64,000 nt of DNA from Verrucomicrobiales bacterium (lineage in GTDB: Bacteria > Verrucomicrobiota > Verrucomicrobiia > Limisphaerales > J093). Below, one piece after another: positions 36,387 to 50,541 of this stretch (position 1 is the first letter of the stretch; every line of letters starts with the position of its first letter). The stretch spans positions 44,686 to 108,685 of the forward strand of contig JBBIVJ010000008.1 in NCBI GenBank assembly GCA_037439785.1. Direction: 5' to 3'. Position numbers and translations under genes: made by a program. The notes beneath the pieces were generated by a model, which worked only from the letters and a program-made list of their open reading frames with translations, had not been told where the DNA came from and ran no database searches.

Positions 36387-39300
36387 TCAGGGCGCCGGGG
36401 GGAGGGAGCCGGGCTGGGAAAGCGCGGTCAGGACGCGGCGCTGGGTGAACTCGAAGAGCAGGCCATTGTAGCGGGTCTGGTCATTGAGGTAGCCGGCCTG
36501 GACCACCCCCTCGCAAAAGGCGGCGGCGCGGGCGGCCTCGCCCCGGCGCAGGTACACATCCGCCAGGCGGGCGGCGGTGCGCAGGGCGGTGTCGGGGTCC
36601 AGCCGGAACCGGGCGGCGCCGCGGGGGAGGTCAGGGGCGAAGGCCTGTTCCGCCCAGTGGGCGCAGGCTTCGTCCTCGCCGCGGTCCCAGGCCAGCTCGG
36701 CCAGCCAGGCCTGATAGACCCGCTGGTTGTCCGGGTCGGTGGCAATCAACCGGGGCAGGATGGCCTCCAGTTCGTCGGTGGGTGGGAGGTTGAAGACGGA
36801 GAGCTGCTCGAAGTACTGGCGCATCAGGGCGCGGCCGTACTGGCGCAGCAGGGTGGGGTCCTCGGCGGTGCGGGCCAGGATTTGCTCGCGGCGGGGTGAC
36901 AGGCGGAGCACGTCCAGTTCGCCGGGGGCGGTCACCTGCTGGATGCGGCTGGCCACCTCCCAGGGCAGGAGGCTTTCGGGCTGAATCCGCTGCCAGCGTT
37001 TGAGCAGGGTGGTGAAGGCCTCCAGGGGGCGCTGGTCATCGGTGAGGTAGTAGCCCGCAAAAGCGGCGAGGTCCTCGGCCTCGAGGGGATGCTCACGCAG
37101 CCAGCGGATCAGGTGGGTGCTGGGCCGGCGGGAGAAGGTCTCGTCCAACTTGCGCAGACGGCCGACGGCGACGCGGGCGAAGAAATCGCGCTGGGCCAGG
37201 TATTCGAGCACGGGGTAGTAGTCGCTGTGCAGGCGGGTGTCGAACGGCGGCACCAGCGCGCCGTGGGGGAAGGCGATCATCTCCTGTGCCAGCACCAATG
37301 GGACGTTGTCCAGCCCCACCCGGGCCAGGTCCTGGCGGACGGCCGGCTCGGCCAGGCGGGCGGCCAGGGCCGCCAGGTCCACCTGGGGCGGCTGCGTGGC
37401 CCCCACCAGCAGCAGGTCCGCCCGCAGGCTCTGCCAGATGCTGACGTAGGGGAAGACCCGGCTGAAGGTGGCCAGCACGATGTCCAGGCCCTCGTCGCTG
37501 AACTCGTACAGTTGAATCCACTGGAGCATGAGGCCGTCCGGCGCCAGCCGTTGGCGGCATTGCTCGAAGAATTCGCGGGTGAACACGCCCGCCACCCCGG
37601 CCATCCAGGGGTTGGAAGGTTCGCTGATGATCACGTCGTAGCGCCGGTCGGTCAGGAGCAGGAACGCCTTGGCATCCTCCCGGTACACGCGCACGCGGGG
37701 ATCGTCCAGCACCCGGTGGTTGGCGTCAGCAAAGAGCCGCGCCCCGGCGATGACCTCCGGCGAGATTTCCACCGCATCAATGCGCTGAACGGTGGGATGC
37801 CGGGTGGCCGCTCCCACGGTGATTCCGCTGCCCAGGCCGATGACCAGCACATTCGAAGAGGCCGGCCGCAACAACAACGGCAGGTGCCCGGAAAACACCT
37901 GGGTGTTCATGTCGCCCCCCGTGCTGGCCTCGGTTTTCCCGTTCACCTTCATGAACAACACCTCCCCCCCCGGCGGGTTGTGTACTCCCACCGTGGCACT
38001 GGCGCCGTCCCGGTGATAATGCGTCACCAGGCTGCGGGCCGCCTGCCGGAACTCCGCCACTGAGGCGGGGCTTTGCTGCTGCCGGTACAAGCCCAGGCTG
38101 AACGCCGCCGGCCAAACCCCCGCAAAATGCTGCCCCGCCCCGGCGGCCAGCAGCACCACGGCCGCCGCCAACCCCACGCCCCACCGCCGCGCACGCCCCT
38201 CCGCCCCCGCCCGCAGCAACACCAGGCCGATGCCGGCGTTGAGCGCCACCCCCAGCGCAAACGTCCGCGCCAGCCCCAGCGCCGGCATCAACCCCAGCCC
38301 CGTCACCGCCGCCCCGAGCACCGTGCCCAGCGTGTTCACCGCAAACACCCGCCCCACCGATCGCCCCGTGCGGGCGCTCTCCGTCGTCGCCACCCGGCTG
38401 GCCAGCGGCAGCGTCATCCCCAGGCACATCGTCGGCACGAACATCACCGCCACGCACAGCACCCCCTGTATCGTTTCGTACAGGGGGTAGGCTTCCGGCC
38501 GCTGGGCCAGCAGCCGCGCCAGCCGCACAAACCAGTACGGCAACAGCTCGTAAAACCACATCGAGCCCAGCACCGTCACCGCCAGCACCAGCTCGATCCA
38601 CGCCAGGCCCCGCAACGGGTGCAGCGGCCGCCGCCAGCGGTAAATCAACCAGGACCCCACCGCGATGCCCGCGATGAAGGTGATGAGCATGATTGAAAAG
38701 GCGTGCGTGCTCGACCCCAGCGCCAGCGCCAGCAGCCGCGTCCAGGCGATCTGGTAAAGCATCGCCACAAAACCCGACACCCCGATGGCCGCCACCGCCA
38801 GCCGCAACTGCGTCGGCGTAAACACCCACCCCTCCTCGGCCGCCGTCAGCGCCGGCGGGGCCTCCCCGGCCGCGGCGGCGGCCCACGTCCCGCCGGGACG
38901 CCCCTCTCGCAGCCAGCCGCTCAGGAACAGCGCCGCCGCCCCCACCCCCAGATTCATGGCCGCCCCCGCATACACCGTGTACTGGAGGCCGATGGCCGGC
39001 AGCCACCAGAAATCGGCCAGGTACGTGCCCACCACCGCGCCGGCGCTGTTCACGAAATACAGCGCCGCCAGCTTTTCCCGCAGCTCGCCCAGCCGCCGCG
39101 CCAGCAGACGGGTCACCACCGGCAACGTGCCCCCCATCAACACCGTGGGCAGCAGCACCGTCAGCAACCCAAAGGCGAACTTCAGCGCCAGCGACGCCGC
39201 CGTGCCCGGCTCCAGCCCGCGGCCCAGGGCCACAAACAACCGGTAGGCCACCTCGAACCAGTGCGGGAAAACCAGCGCGTACACCCCGATGCCCACTTCC

Positions 39301-39539
39301 AGCCAGCCGTACACCGCCAGCGGACGGCGGGTGCGGTCCGCCAGGCCCCCCAGCCACAGATTGCCCAGTGCCAGGCCGCCCATGAAGGCCACCAGCACCG
39401 CCACCACCGCGTAGCTGGTGTGGCCAAGAAACAGCGCCAGGTAGCGCGACCAGGCCACCTCGTACACCAGACCGGCCGCGCCCGACACCAGCAGGCACAG
39501 CATGACCAACCGCAGCAACAGGCCAGGAGTGGGTTGCAT
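36387..39539 (-). CDS. Membrane-fused spermidine-synthase-like protein (MFS-like TM domain, aminopropyltransferase-like domain, helical C terminus)
   Basis: SGAAGLVYEVAW, LYFVNSAGAV, VLVIGLGSGIT, VEISPEV, DAK..L, YDVIISEPSNPW. Confidence 0.85.
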   Translation of the reverse strand: MQPTPGLLLRLVMLCLLVSGAAGLVYEVAWSRYLALFLGHTSYAVVAVLVAFMGGLALGNLWLGGLADRTRRPLAVYGWLEVGIGVYALVFPHWFEVAYRLFVALGRGLEPGTAASLALKFAFGLLTVLLPTVLMGGTLPVVTRLLARRLGELREKLAALYFVNSAGAVVGTYLADFWWLPAIGLQYTVYAGAAMNLGVGAAALFLSGWLREGRPGGTWAAAAAGEAPPALTAAEEGWVFTPTQLRLAVAAIGVSGFVAMLYQIAWTRLLALALGSSTHAFSIMLITFIAGIAVGSWLIYRWRRPLHPLRGLAWIELVLAVTVLGSMWFYELLPYWFVRLARLLAQRPEAYPLYETIQGVLCVAVMFVPTMCLGMTLPLASRVATTESARTGRSVGRVFAVNTLGTVLGAAVTGLGLMPALGLARTFALGVALNAGIGLVLLRAGAEGRARRWGVGLAAAVVLLAAGAGQHFAGVWPAAFSLGLYRQQQSPASVAEFRQAARSLVTHYHRDGASATVGVHNPPGGEVLFMKVNGKTEASTGGDMNTQVFSGHLPLLLRPASSNVLVIGLGSGITVGAATRHPTVQRIDAVEISPEVIAGARLFADANHRVLDDPRVRVYREDAKAFLLLTDRRYDVIISEPSNPWMAGVAGVFTREFFEQCRQRLAPDGLMLQWIQLYEFSDEGLDIVLATFSRVFPYVSIWQSLRADLLLVGATQPPQVDLAALAARLAEPAVRQDLARVGLDNVPLVLAQEMIAFPHGALVPPFDTRLHSDYYPVLEYLAQRDFFARVAVGRLRKLDETFSRRPSTHLIRWLREHPLEAEDLAAFAGYYLTDDQRPLEAFTTLLKRWQRIQPESLLPWEVASRIQQVTAPGELDVLRLSPRREQILARTAEDPTLLRQYGRALMRQYFEQLSVFNLPPTDELEAILPRLIATDPDNQRVYQAWLAELAWDRGEDEACAHWAEQAFAPDLPRGAARFRLDPDTALRTAARLADVYLRRGEAARAAAFCEGVVQAGYLNDQTRYNGLLFEFTQRRVLTALSQPGSLPPAP

Positions 39540-39724
39540 GGCGCGGCATGGTAGGAGCGGCGCCGGACCGGGCAAAGCATTTCCCTCCCCGGCCGCGGGG
39601 CGATGAGCGGTCAGCCTGAAACGGGGGTTTCGCCCGGATGCCCCGTGTGCCCGTTCACCGCAGGGGAGGGGAAAAGGCCGCCGAAGGACTGGCCAACCAA
39701 GAGGGCATTTTGCACCCTCCCTCC

Positions 39725-41218
39725 ATGAGACCGGCCGACCTGCTGCACTGGCTTTCCCGTGGGTTGGAACAGAACCTCCGGAACGGCAACCCCTGGTGGA
39801 GTGGGGATCGGCTTTTTGGAGTGCCGCCGATACGCCGTTGGGCCTTTGAGCCCGTCCTCACCGGTTTGAAGAAGGGGCTGACGCCGGCCACGGTGTTGCG
39901 GGGTCCACGCCAGGTGGGCAAGACCACCCTGCTGGTCCAATGTATCCAGCAGTTGCTCGACGAAGGGGTCCGGCCGCACCGCATCTTCCGTGTCCAGTTC
40001 GATGAGCTGCCCGAGTTGAAGCGGCTTTCCCAACCCCTGCTGGACCTGAGCTACTGGTTTGCGGAGCAGGTGCTGCGTAAATCTTTCCACCAGACGGCGA
40101 GCGCGGGGGAACCCGCGTACCTGTTCTTCGATGAGGTCCAAAATCTTCCGGACTGGGCGCCGCAGTTGAAACACCTGGTGGACCTGAATCCGGTGCGGGT
40201 GCTGGTGACGGGCAGTTCGGCCCTGCGTATCGGGGCCGGTCGGGACAGCCTGGCGGGGCGGATCACCACCTTGGAAATGGGCCCCCTGCTGTTGCGGGAA
40301 ATCGGTGCCCTGCGGGGGATGGGAGAGCTGGCCCCTTTGTGGCGGGCCAACGGGCAGCAGCCGATCCTGGAGCCGGCCTTCTGGCAGGAAGCCCGCCGCC
40401 ATGGCGAACGGCACCGGGAATTTCGGCAGCGCGCCTTCCAGGCGTTCTCCGAGCGCGGGGCCTACCCGGCGGCCCAGACTCATCCGGACAACCCCTGGGA
40501 GGACGTGGCGGCTCTGCTGAAAGAAACGGTGATCCTCCGTGCGCTCCAGCATGATTTGCGGCTGGGTCCCCGTGGCCAGAAACGCGACGAGCTGCTGCTG
40601 AGGGAAGTCTTTCGCCTGGCCTGCCGGTACGTCGGACAAGCCCCCTCCCCGGCGCTCTACCTGGACGAGCTGCACCAAACGATGCGCGCCAACATCGGCT
40701 GGCAGCGGGTGATGAAATATCTCCAGTTCCTCGACGGGACCTTGCTGATCCGCCTGATCGAGCCGCTGGAGCTCCGGCTCAAACGCCGGCGCGGCCCCCC
40801 CAAACTCTGCCTGTGCGACCATGCCCTCCGGGCGGCCTGGCTACAGGAGGTGGTGCCGCTGACGCCGGAGGCGTTGCAGCAGACCCCTCTGCTGGCCGAT
40901 CTGGCGGGGAGGATCGCCGAAAGTGTGGTGGGCTATTTCTTCCGCTCCATCCCCGGCCTGGAGGTGGCCCATTTCCCCGGAAACGCCACCGAGCCGGAGG
41001 TGGACCTCGTCCTCACGGTCGGCGTGCAACGCATCCCGGTGGAGGTGAAATATCGCCGTCGCCTTGGCTTCGAGGACACCCACGGGTTGCGGGCGTTCCT
41101 CGAGAAAGCCGCCTACCATGCCCCCTTTGGATTGCTCATCACGCAGGAAGAGGACCCGTCGGTGGCCGACCCCCGCATCGTCGCGGTGCCCTTGTCCTCG
41201 CTGCTGCTGATCCGCTGA
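39725..41218 (+). CDS. AAA_14 ATPase with DUF4143 PD-(D/E)xK nuclease-like domain
   Basis: GPRQVGKTT, FFDEVQ, VTGSS, SLAGR, GAYP, EVDLV....IPVEVKY. Confidence 0.85.
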   Translation: MRPADLLHWLSRGLEQNLRNGNPWWSGDRLFGVPPIRRWAFEPVLTGLKKGLTPATVLRGPRQVGKTTLLVQCIQQLLDEGVRPHRIFRVQFDELPELKRLSQPLLDLSYWFAEQVLRKSFHQTASAGEPAYLFFDEVQNLPDWAPQLKHLVDLNPVRVLVTGSSALRIGAGRDSLAGRITTLEMGPLLLREIGALRGMGELAPLWRANGQQPILEPAFWQEARRHGERHREFRQRAFQAFSERGAYPAAQTHPDNPWEDVAALLKETVILRALQHDLRLGPRGQKRDELLLREVFRLACRYVGQAPSPALYLDELHQTMRANIGWQRVMKYLQFLDGTLLIRLIEPLELRLKRRRGPPKLCLCDHALRAAWLQEVVPLTPEALQQTPLLADLAGRIAESVVGYFFRSIPGLEVAHFPGNATEPEVDLVLTVGVQRIPVEVKYRRRLGFEDTHGLRAFLEKAAYHAPFGLLITQEEDPSVADPRIVAVPLSSLLLIR

Positions 41219-41324
41219 GGGCTGGCGAACCGGGGGCGGATGGGCATCGCCACACTGCCCTCCCCTCGCTCCTCCAGGCACCCGCCGCAACTGCCCGGTG
41301 ACCGGGTCCACCTGACCGCCCCCC

Positions 41325-45716
<4,392 letters not shown>

Positions 45717-45796
45717 GCCGGGAAATCTACGCACGGGCGGGGGGGTGACAATCCCGCCGGGCGGTCAATTGTTGAAGGTTTCTGAGCAGGGACAAT

Positions 45797-45823
45797 AACA
45801 CCGCCGCAAGGGGCGGCGGTGTT
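45797..45823 (-). terminator. Hairpin/terminator after the S8 peptidase gene
   Basis: Perfect 11-bp stem AACACCGCCGC/GCGGCGGTGTT. Confidence 0.6.
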
Positions 45824-45855
45824 TGCAGGACCGGACGGTTCACCCCCTCCTGGAC

Positions 45856-48171
45856 TTACGGCCAGGCAGGGAGCATCCGGCCGGTGCGGAGCTGGATGAG
45901 ATAGACGTCGGTGCCGTTGATGGTGCCGGTGAGGTTGACGTCACGCGTGAAGTTGGCGGGGCCGGTCAACTGGCCGGCGATCAGGCGCACCCAGTACACA
46001 TCGGTGCCGTTGACGGCGAGGGTGTTGTTCACATCGCCGCCGAGCACGCCGACACTGACGGAGGCCTGGTCCAGCCAGGAGCCGTCGGTGGCGAGGATGT
46101 CCGCCAGGCCCACGGTGACCCACTGCCGGTCGGCGACCTGGTTCAGTTGCACCAGGACGGTGGCGCCCTCGATGACCGGCGGGGAGGTCAACTGGCCGCG
46201 GCCGCTGAGCAGCACCGGGCGGGCGCTGAGGATCGGTTTGTCGAAGGTGAAAACCAACCGCAGGGTGGATTCCAGGCGGCCCTCGATGGTGGGCCGGCCG
46301 GACAGGACCAAGGGCCGGTCGTAATTGACCTTGGCCGTGGCCGGGCCGTGGGCCTTGCGGGACGCGGCCGCCACCAGCGTGGGCGGTGGGGTGGTCAGGA
46401 CGGTCAGCGCGGCCGTGGAGTCCACCAAGCCGTAGCCGGAGTCGAAGTCGAATCCGGGTTCGCCCATGTCCACCGCCGTGGCCTGGAGCACCCAGCGGAT
46501 GCGCTCGGGCGCGAGGTTGGGCTGCAGTTCGAGCATGAGGGCAGCCACACCCGCGGCATGCGGGGCCGCGGCCGAGGTGCCGTGGAAGTTCGGGAAGGTG
46601 TCGTACACCCCGCAGGTGTCCGTGCCCGCGTAGCCGAAGAAGGAGGTGTTCACGCCCGAAGGGGCGGTGAAATCCGGTTTGGGCCGGAGTTCGGCCTGGA
46701 AGGCGCCGTTGGCCTGCCGGTGATAGATGGGCGTGCCCCCCGCTGAGGAGTAGCTCTCCAGCAGGGGCGGGTTCTGGCCGTAGGCCGGCGTGTGGCAATA
46801 GCGGACGGCCCCGACGGTCATGGCCCCCGCCGCGTTGGCATGGCCGTAGATGGTGCCGCTGGCGGTTACCCATTCGTCCTGGCCCACCCCCATGCCCAGG
46901 GGATACCAGACCAGCTTGAGGCGGGGCGGCAGGGGGCCGGAGACACGCTTGATGCGGATGCCGCGCTTGACGTTCACCGTGGCCACGCTGATGACAAAGC
47001 CATCAACCGGGTCCTGGCCGGTGTTGCGGGTGAACCCGCCCAGGGGCACGGTTTGGCCGGAGGCATTGACCGTGGTCACCGGCGAGCCGTCCAGGTTGAC
47101 CAGTTCAAGGTCCAGGTCGGTGGCGGCGCCAGGGTTGCCCGGGGCCACACTGGCGTAGTCGTCCAGCCACTGGAGGATGAAGTAGATGGTGCCGTAATTC
47201 AGGGTCAGGTTCAGGGTGGTGTCCTCGCCGCTGCCCGGATTGAAGTCGAAATAGCCCTGGGCATTGTCCCGGTACTCGGACTCGTAGGCGCTGCGGCCGG
47301 CATTGGCGGCGGCGGAAAAGTACGCCACCCCCCGCGCGGCCACTTCGTCCACGGCCTGGGCAATGACGCCATCCGCAAACATCGGTTCTTCCGGGTAAAG
47401 GATGTCATCCACGATCACCTTGCACCCGGCGTCGGCCAGGCGGCGGATGCCGTTGGCAAAGTCGGCCACACCGTACCAGGCGGTGTGAAACGCGATGGCC
47501 GCTCCCGGAGCCACGTCGCGGACAATCTCCGTCATGGCCCGGCCTTCATCAGACAGGCGGTAGGCCAGCGAAGGCGGGCTGTAGTCCTTGAGAATCCGGA
47601 TGTCCGAGGGCAGGTCACCGGAGGCGATGCCCGAGGACATGCCTCCGCGGTTGTTGAAGGAGTCGGAGAGGATGCCGACCCGCACCCCGGCGCCGGTGAC
47701 CCCGAAGCTGGTCTTGGCCGTATCGGAGGCGACTGAGGTCACTCCCTGGCTGACAGTGCGCCCGGCCTGCGTGAGCGCTACGGCCGGCCGGGCGAACCGC
47801 AGGGCCGACACGGCGGGCAGTTGCGGGATCGCGGCGAGCGGAAGCTGGGCGGAAACCACCCGCCCGGCGATGGAAACCTGCTGAGCACCCAGGCGCTGGA
47901 GCTCCCGGGCCAGCACTTCAGGGGAATCTTCCGCGATGGCATTGACCACCACGAAATTCCCCTGGGTGGGCACCCGCGCCGGCTGGATGGCCGGCGGCAT
48001 CGGCACCTGATTCAGTCCCTTGGGTGCAATCGAACGTCCCGGCGCCACCCCTGCGGTGGGCACCAGGTCCCACAGCAACGGCGAAACTTTTTCGGAACGG
48101 GGTGTCTGGGCGTTAAGGAGGAGGACGGGTGCGGCCGTGAGGCAGACCGCACTCACGAGCAGTCGGTTCAT
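45856..48171 (-). CDS. Secreted S8-family serine peptidase with C-terminal dockerin-like domain
   Basis: TGAGVRVGILSDSF, SDEGRAM, KPDFTAP, GTSAAAPHAAG, GYGLVD; GDVN....VNGTDV twice. Confidence 0.85.
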   Translation of the reverse strand: MNRLLVSAVCLTAAPVLLLNAQTPRSEKVSPLLWDLVPTAGVAPGRSIAPKGLNQVPMPPAIQPARVPTQGNFVVVNAIAEDSPEVLARELQRLGAQQVSIAGRVVSAQLPLAAIPQLPAVSALRFARPAVALTQAGRTVSQGVTSVASDTAKTSFGVTGAGVRVGILSDSFNNRGGMSSGIASGDLPSDIRILKDYSPPSLAYRLSDEGRAMTEIVRDVAPGAAIAFHTAWYGVADFANGIRRLADAGCKVIVDDILYPEEPMFADGVIAQAVDEVAARGVAYFSAAANAGRSAYESEYRDNAQGYFDFNPGSGEDTTLNLTLNYGTIYFILQWLDDYASVAPGNPGAATDLDLELVNLDGSPVTTVNASGQTVPLGGFTRNTGQDPVDGFVISVATVNVKRGIRIKRVSGPLPPRLKLVWYPLGMGVGQDEWVTASGTIYGHANAAGAMTVGAVRYCHTPAYGQNPPLLESYSSAGGTPIYHRQANGAFQAELRPKPDFTAPSGVNTSFFGYAGTDTCGVYDTFPNFHGTSAAAPHAAGVAALMLELQPNLAPERIRWVLQATAVDMGEPGFDFDSGYGLVDSTAALTVLTTPPPTLVAAASRKAHGPATAKVNYDRPLVLSGRPTIEGRLESTLRLVFTFDKPILSARPVLLSGRGQLTSPPVIEGATVLVQLNQVADRQWVTVGLADILATDGSWLDQASVSVGVLGGDVNNTLAVNGTDVYWVRLIAGQLTGPANFTRDVNLTGTINGTDVYLIQLRTGRMLPAWP

Positions 48172-48572
48172 GTGATGAGGAGTTGAGTGTTAACATGGTT
48201 TGTGACCAATCCGGCGTCCCGACCGCGGTCGTGGTAATGAGGTCACGACCGAAGCCGGCGGCACAGCAGCAGGTCCGGTTGACGCCGAACATGGCGGCAC
48301 CATCCGCACTTGCCCCACTTTTGTCAAGCCCCTGTTCAACGAACTGGCAAACCGCCGTCAAGACCCGCGATGCCCGCCAGGGGGCGCCCTCAAACCCCGG
48401 TCGTCACAAGCCGGAAAGCGCGCAGGAAGGCGCGCAGATTACGAAAGAATGGAGAACCAGGCGGGAAAGCCGAGGCCGCCCCCCGACCGGGAAAGGGATG
48501 GGCTGCCGCCCCCAAGTGGACGCACCGCCGTTCAAGCCCCCGTGGCAGCCATTGCCAAACACCGCAATGGCA

Positions 48573-49367
48573 TCAGTGCTCCCCCACCCACCACAGCACC
48601 GCGAGGCCGAGGGCGATCCGATACCAGCCAAAGCCCCGGAAAGTGTGGGAACGCACAAAGCCGAGCAGCCACTTCACCGCCAGGAAGGAAACACCCGCCG
48701 AGACCAGGGTCCCCAAAGCCAGCAGAAACCAATCCTCGCCCACCCCCCCGGCCGGGGGATGCCAGAGCGCCCGGGCCAGCTTGAGCCCACCGGCGGCCAG
48801 CATGGTGGGGATGCCCACCAAAAACGAAAACTCCGTCGCCGCCGGCCGGCTCATGCCCAGGGCCAGGAGGGCCAAAATGGAGGCCCCCGAGCGCGACAGG
48901 CCCGGAAACACGGCGGCCGCCAACTGCGCCACGCCCACCGCCACGGCGGCGCCCCAGGTCACCGTCTCGGTCCCCCGCCGCCCGCGCACCCCGCGTTCCA
49001 CCACCAGAAACAACACCCCGCCGGCCAGCAGGGCCAGCGCCACCGGCAGGGCCGTTTCCGGCAGCTTGAATCCCCCCCGGTCCAGCAGCACCCCCCCCAC
49101 GCCGGTCAAGGCAAAGGCCGCCCCCGCCTTGAGCACAAAATCCCGCGCGACCGGATCGTGCCCGCAGCGGAGCACCTGCCGCAGCCGCTCGGGAAACAGT
49201 GGCAGCACCGCCAGGACCGCCCCGCCCTGGATGAAGATGTTGAACAGGTCGCTCTGACGGGGCAGCCACTGCTGCGCCAGCAGGAGATGGCCGGTCGAGG
49301 AGATGGGCAGGAATTCGGTGATCCCTTCAATGATCCCGAGCACAACGATGGCGAGCCAGTCCGGCAC
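48573..49367 (-). CDS. uppP: Undecaprenyl-diphosphate phosphatase
   Basis: LGIIEGITEFLPISSTGHL, IQGGA, PGLSRSG, ATEFSF, F.WYRI. Confidence 0.94.
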   Translation of the reverse strand: MPDWLAIVVLGIIEGITEFLPISSTGHLLLAQQWLPRQSDLFNIFIQGGAVLAVLPLFPERLRQVLRCGHDPVARDFVLKAGAAFALTGVGGVLLDRGGFKLPETALPVALALLAGGVLFLVVERGVRGRRGTETVTWGAAVAVGVAQLAAAVFPGLSRSGASILALLALGMSRPAATEFSFLVGIPTMLAAGGLKLARALWHPPAGGVGEDWFLLALGTLVSAGVSFLAVKWLLGFVRSHTFRGFGWYRIALGLAVLWWVGEH

Positions 49368-49546
49368 GCCGCGTTTAGACGGGAAAGCCGGCGCGCTGGC
49401 AAGCCCAAGTCTTATTCTTATCCCCGACCGCCGGACCGTGGTTGACAACTTGCTCTCCCTCCCCGCCGGGCGTGCCGTGGGCGCGTTTCGGCTTTTCAGC
49501 CCCCGCCCCACCTGGTTTGATCGGGCCTGCACCGCATCGCATTCCC

Positions 49547-50512
49547 ATGAAAACGTCCTCGCTGAATCGTCGCGATTTCCTGGCCGGAGCGGCATCGCTG
49601 GCTGTGACCCCCGCGCTGGCCGGCGCCCTCCCTGCTCGGGCCGCAGAAACACCCGCCCCCGCGGCCACCCCCGGCTTTCCCCCGCCGGGTCGGCGTATCC
49701 TGCTGGCCAGCAAACTGGGCATGATCACGCGCGAGCGGGACGGCCGCAAACTGAGCCTGGTCGAACGGCTCCGGCTGGCAGCCCGGGCTGGCTTCGATGG
49801 CGTGGACCTGGACGAGGCCGGCAATTTCACCCCCGACCAGGTCCGCGAGGCCGTGCGCGAGTCCGGTGTTTTCGTGCACAACGCCATCAACCACGCCCAC
49901 TGGGAAGTGCGGCTGACCGACCCCTCGCCCCAGACGCGCGCGCGGGCCCGCGCCAACCTCGAACACTGCCTGCGCGTCTCCCACGCCGCCGGCGGCAGCG
50001 GGGTCCTGATCGTGGTGGGCCGCGGCGCGGACGGCCCGGCCGCCGAGATCGAGGCCCGTTGCCGCGAGGAAATCCGCCAGTGTCTGCCCCTGGCCGCCGC
50101 GCTGGGCCAGATGATCCTCATCGAGAACGTCTGGAACCAGATGATGTACGACCACGACCGCGGCCCCGAGCAGGGCCCCGACCGGTTCATCCGCTTCGTG
50201 GACAGCTTCCAGAGCCCCTGGGTGGGGCTGTACTACGACGTCGGCAACCACTGGAAATACGGACAACCGCCGGCGTGGATTCGTGCCCTGGGCCGCCGCT
50301 GCGTGAAGCTGGACATCAAGGGCTTCAGCCGCGCCCGCGACAAGTTCGTGGAAATCGGCGGCGAGGACGATGACCTCCCCTGGCCGGAGGTGCGCGCCGC
50401 GCTGACCGACATCGGCTTCACCGGCTGGGCCACCGCCGAAGTGGGCGGCGGGGACCTCGATCGCCTGGTCACGGTCCGCCAGCAGATGGCCCGCGTGCTC
50501 CTGGGCGCCTGA
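49547..50512 (+). CDS. Tat-exported sugar phosphate isomerase/epimerase (xylose isomerase-like TIM barrel)
   Basis: NRRDFL, AGFDGV, IENVWN, YDVGN, DIKG, TAEV. Confidence 0.85.
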   Translation: MKTSSLNRRDFLAGAASLAVTPALAGALPARAAETPAPAATPGFPPPGRRILLASKLGMITRERDGRKLSLVERLRLAARAGFDGVDLDEAGNFTPDQVREAVRESGVFVHNAINHAHWEVRLTDPSPQTRARARANLEHCLRVSHAAGGSGVLIVVGRGADGPAAEIEARCREEIRQCLPLAAALGQMILIENVWNQMMYDHDRGPEQGPDRFIRFVDSFQSPWVGLYYDVGNHWKYGQPPAWIRALGRRCVKLDIKGFSRARDKFVEIGGEDDDLPWPEVRAALTDIGFTGWATAEVGGGDLDRLVTVRQQMARVLLGA

Positions 50513-50541
50513 GCGGCCGGGCGGGCAGGCGCGGCGGCGGC

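Noticed and set aside
32576-36448. 1290-aa plus-strand ORF
   Set aside because: Antisense shadow of ileS and efp with no recognisable motifs
48172-48572. Long intergenic region with hairpins and GGCAAACC (c-di-GMP riboswitch-like)
   Set aside because: Remaining GEMM consensus is absent and the orientation is wrong for the S8 gene; only a promoter-like TTGACA and one hairpin are supportable
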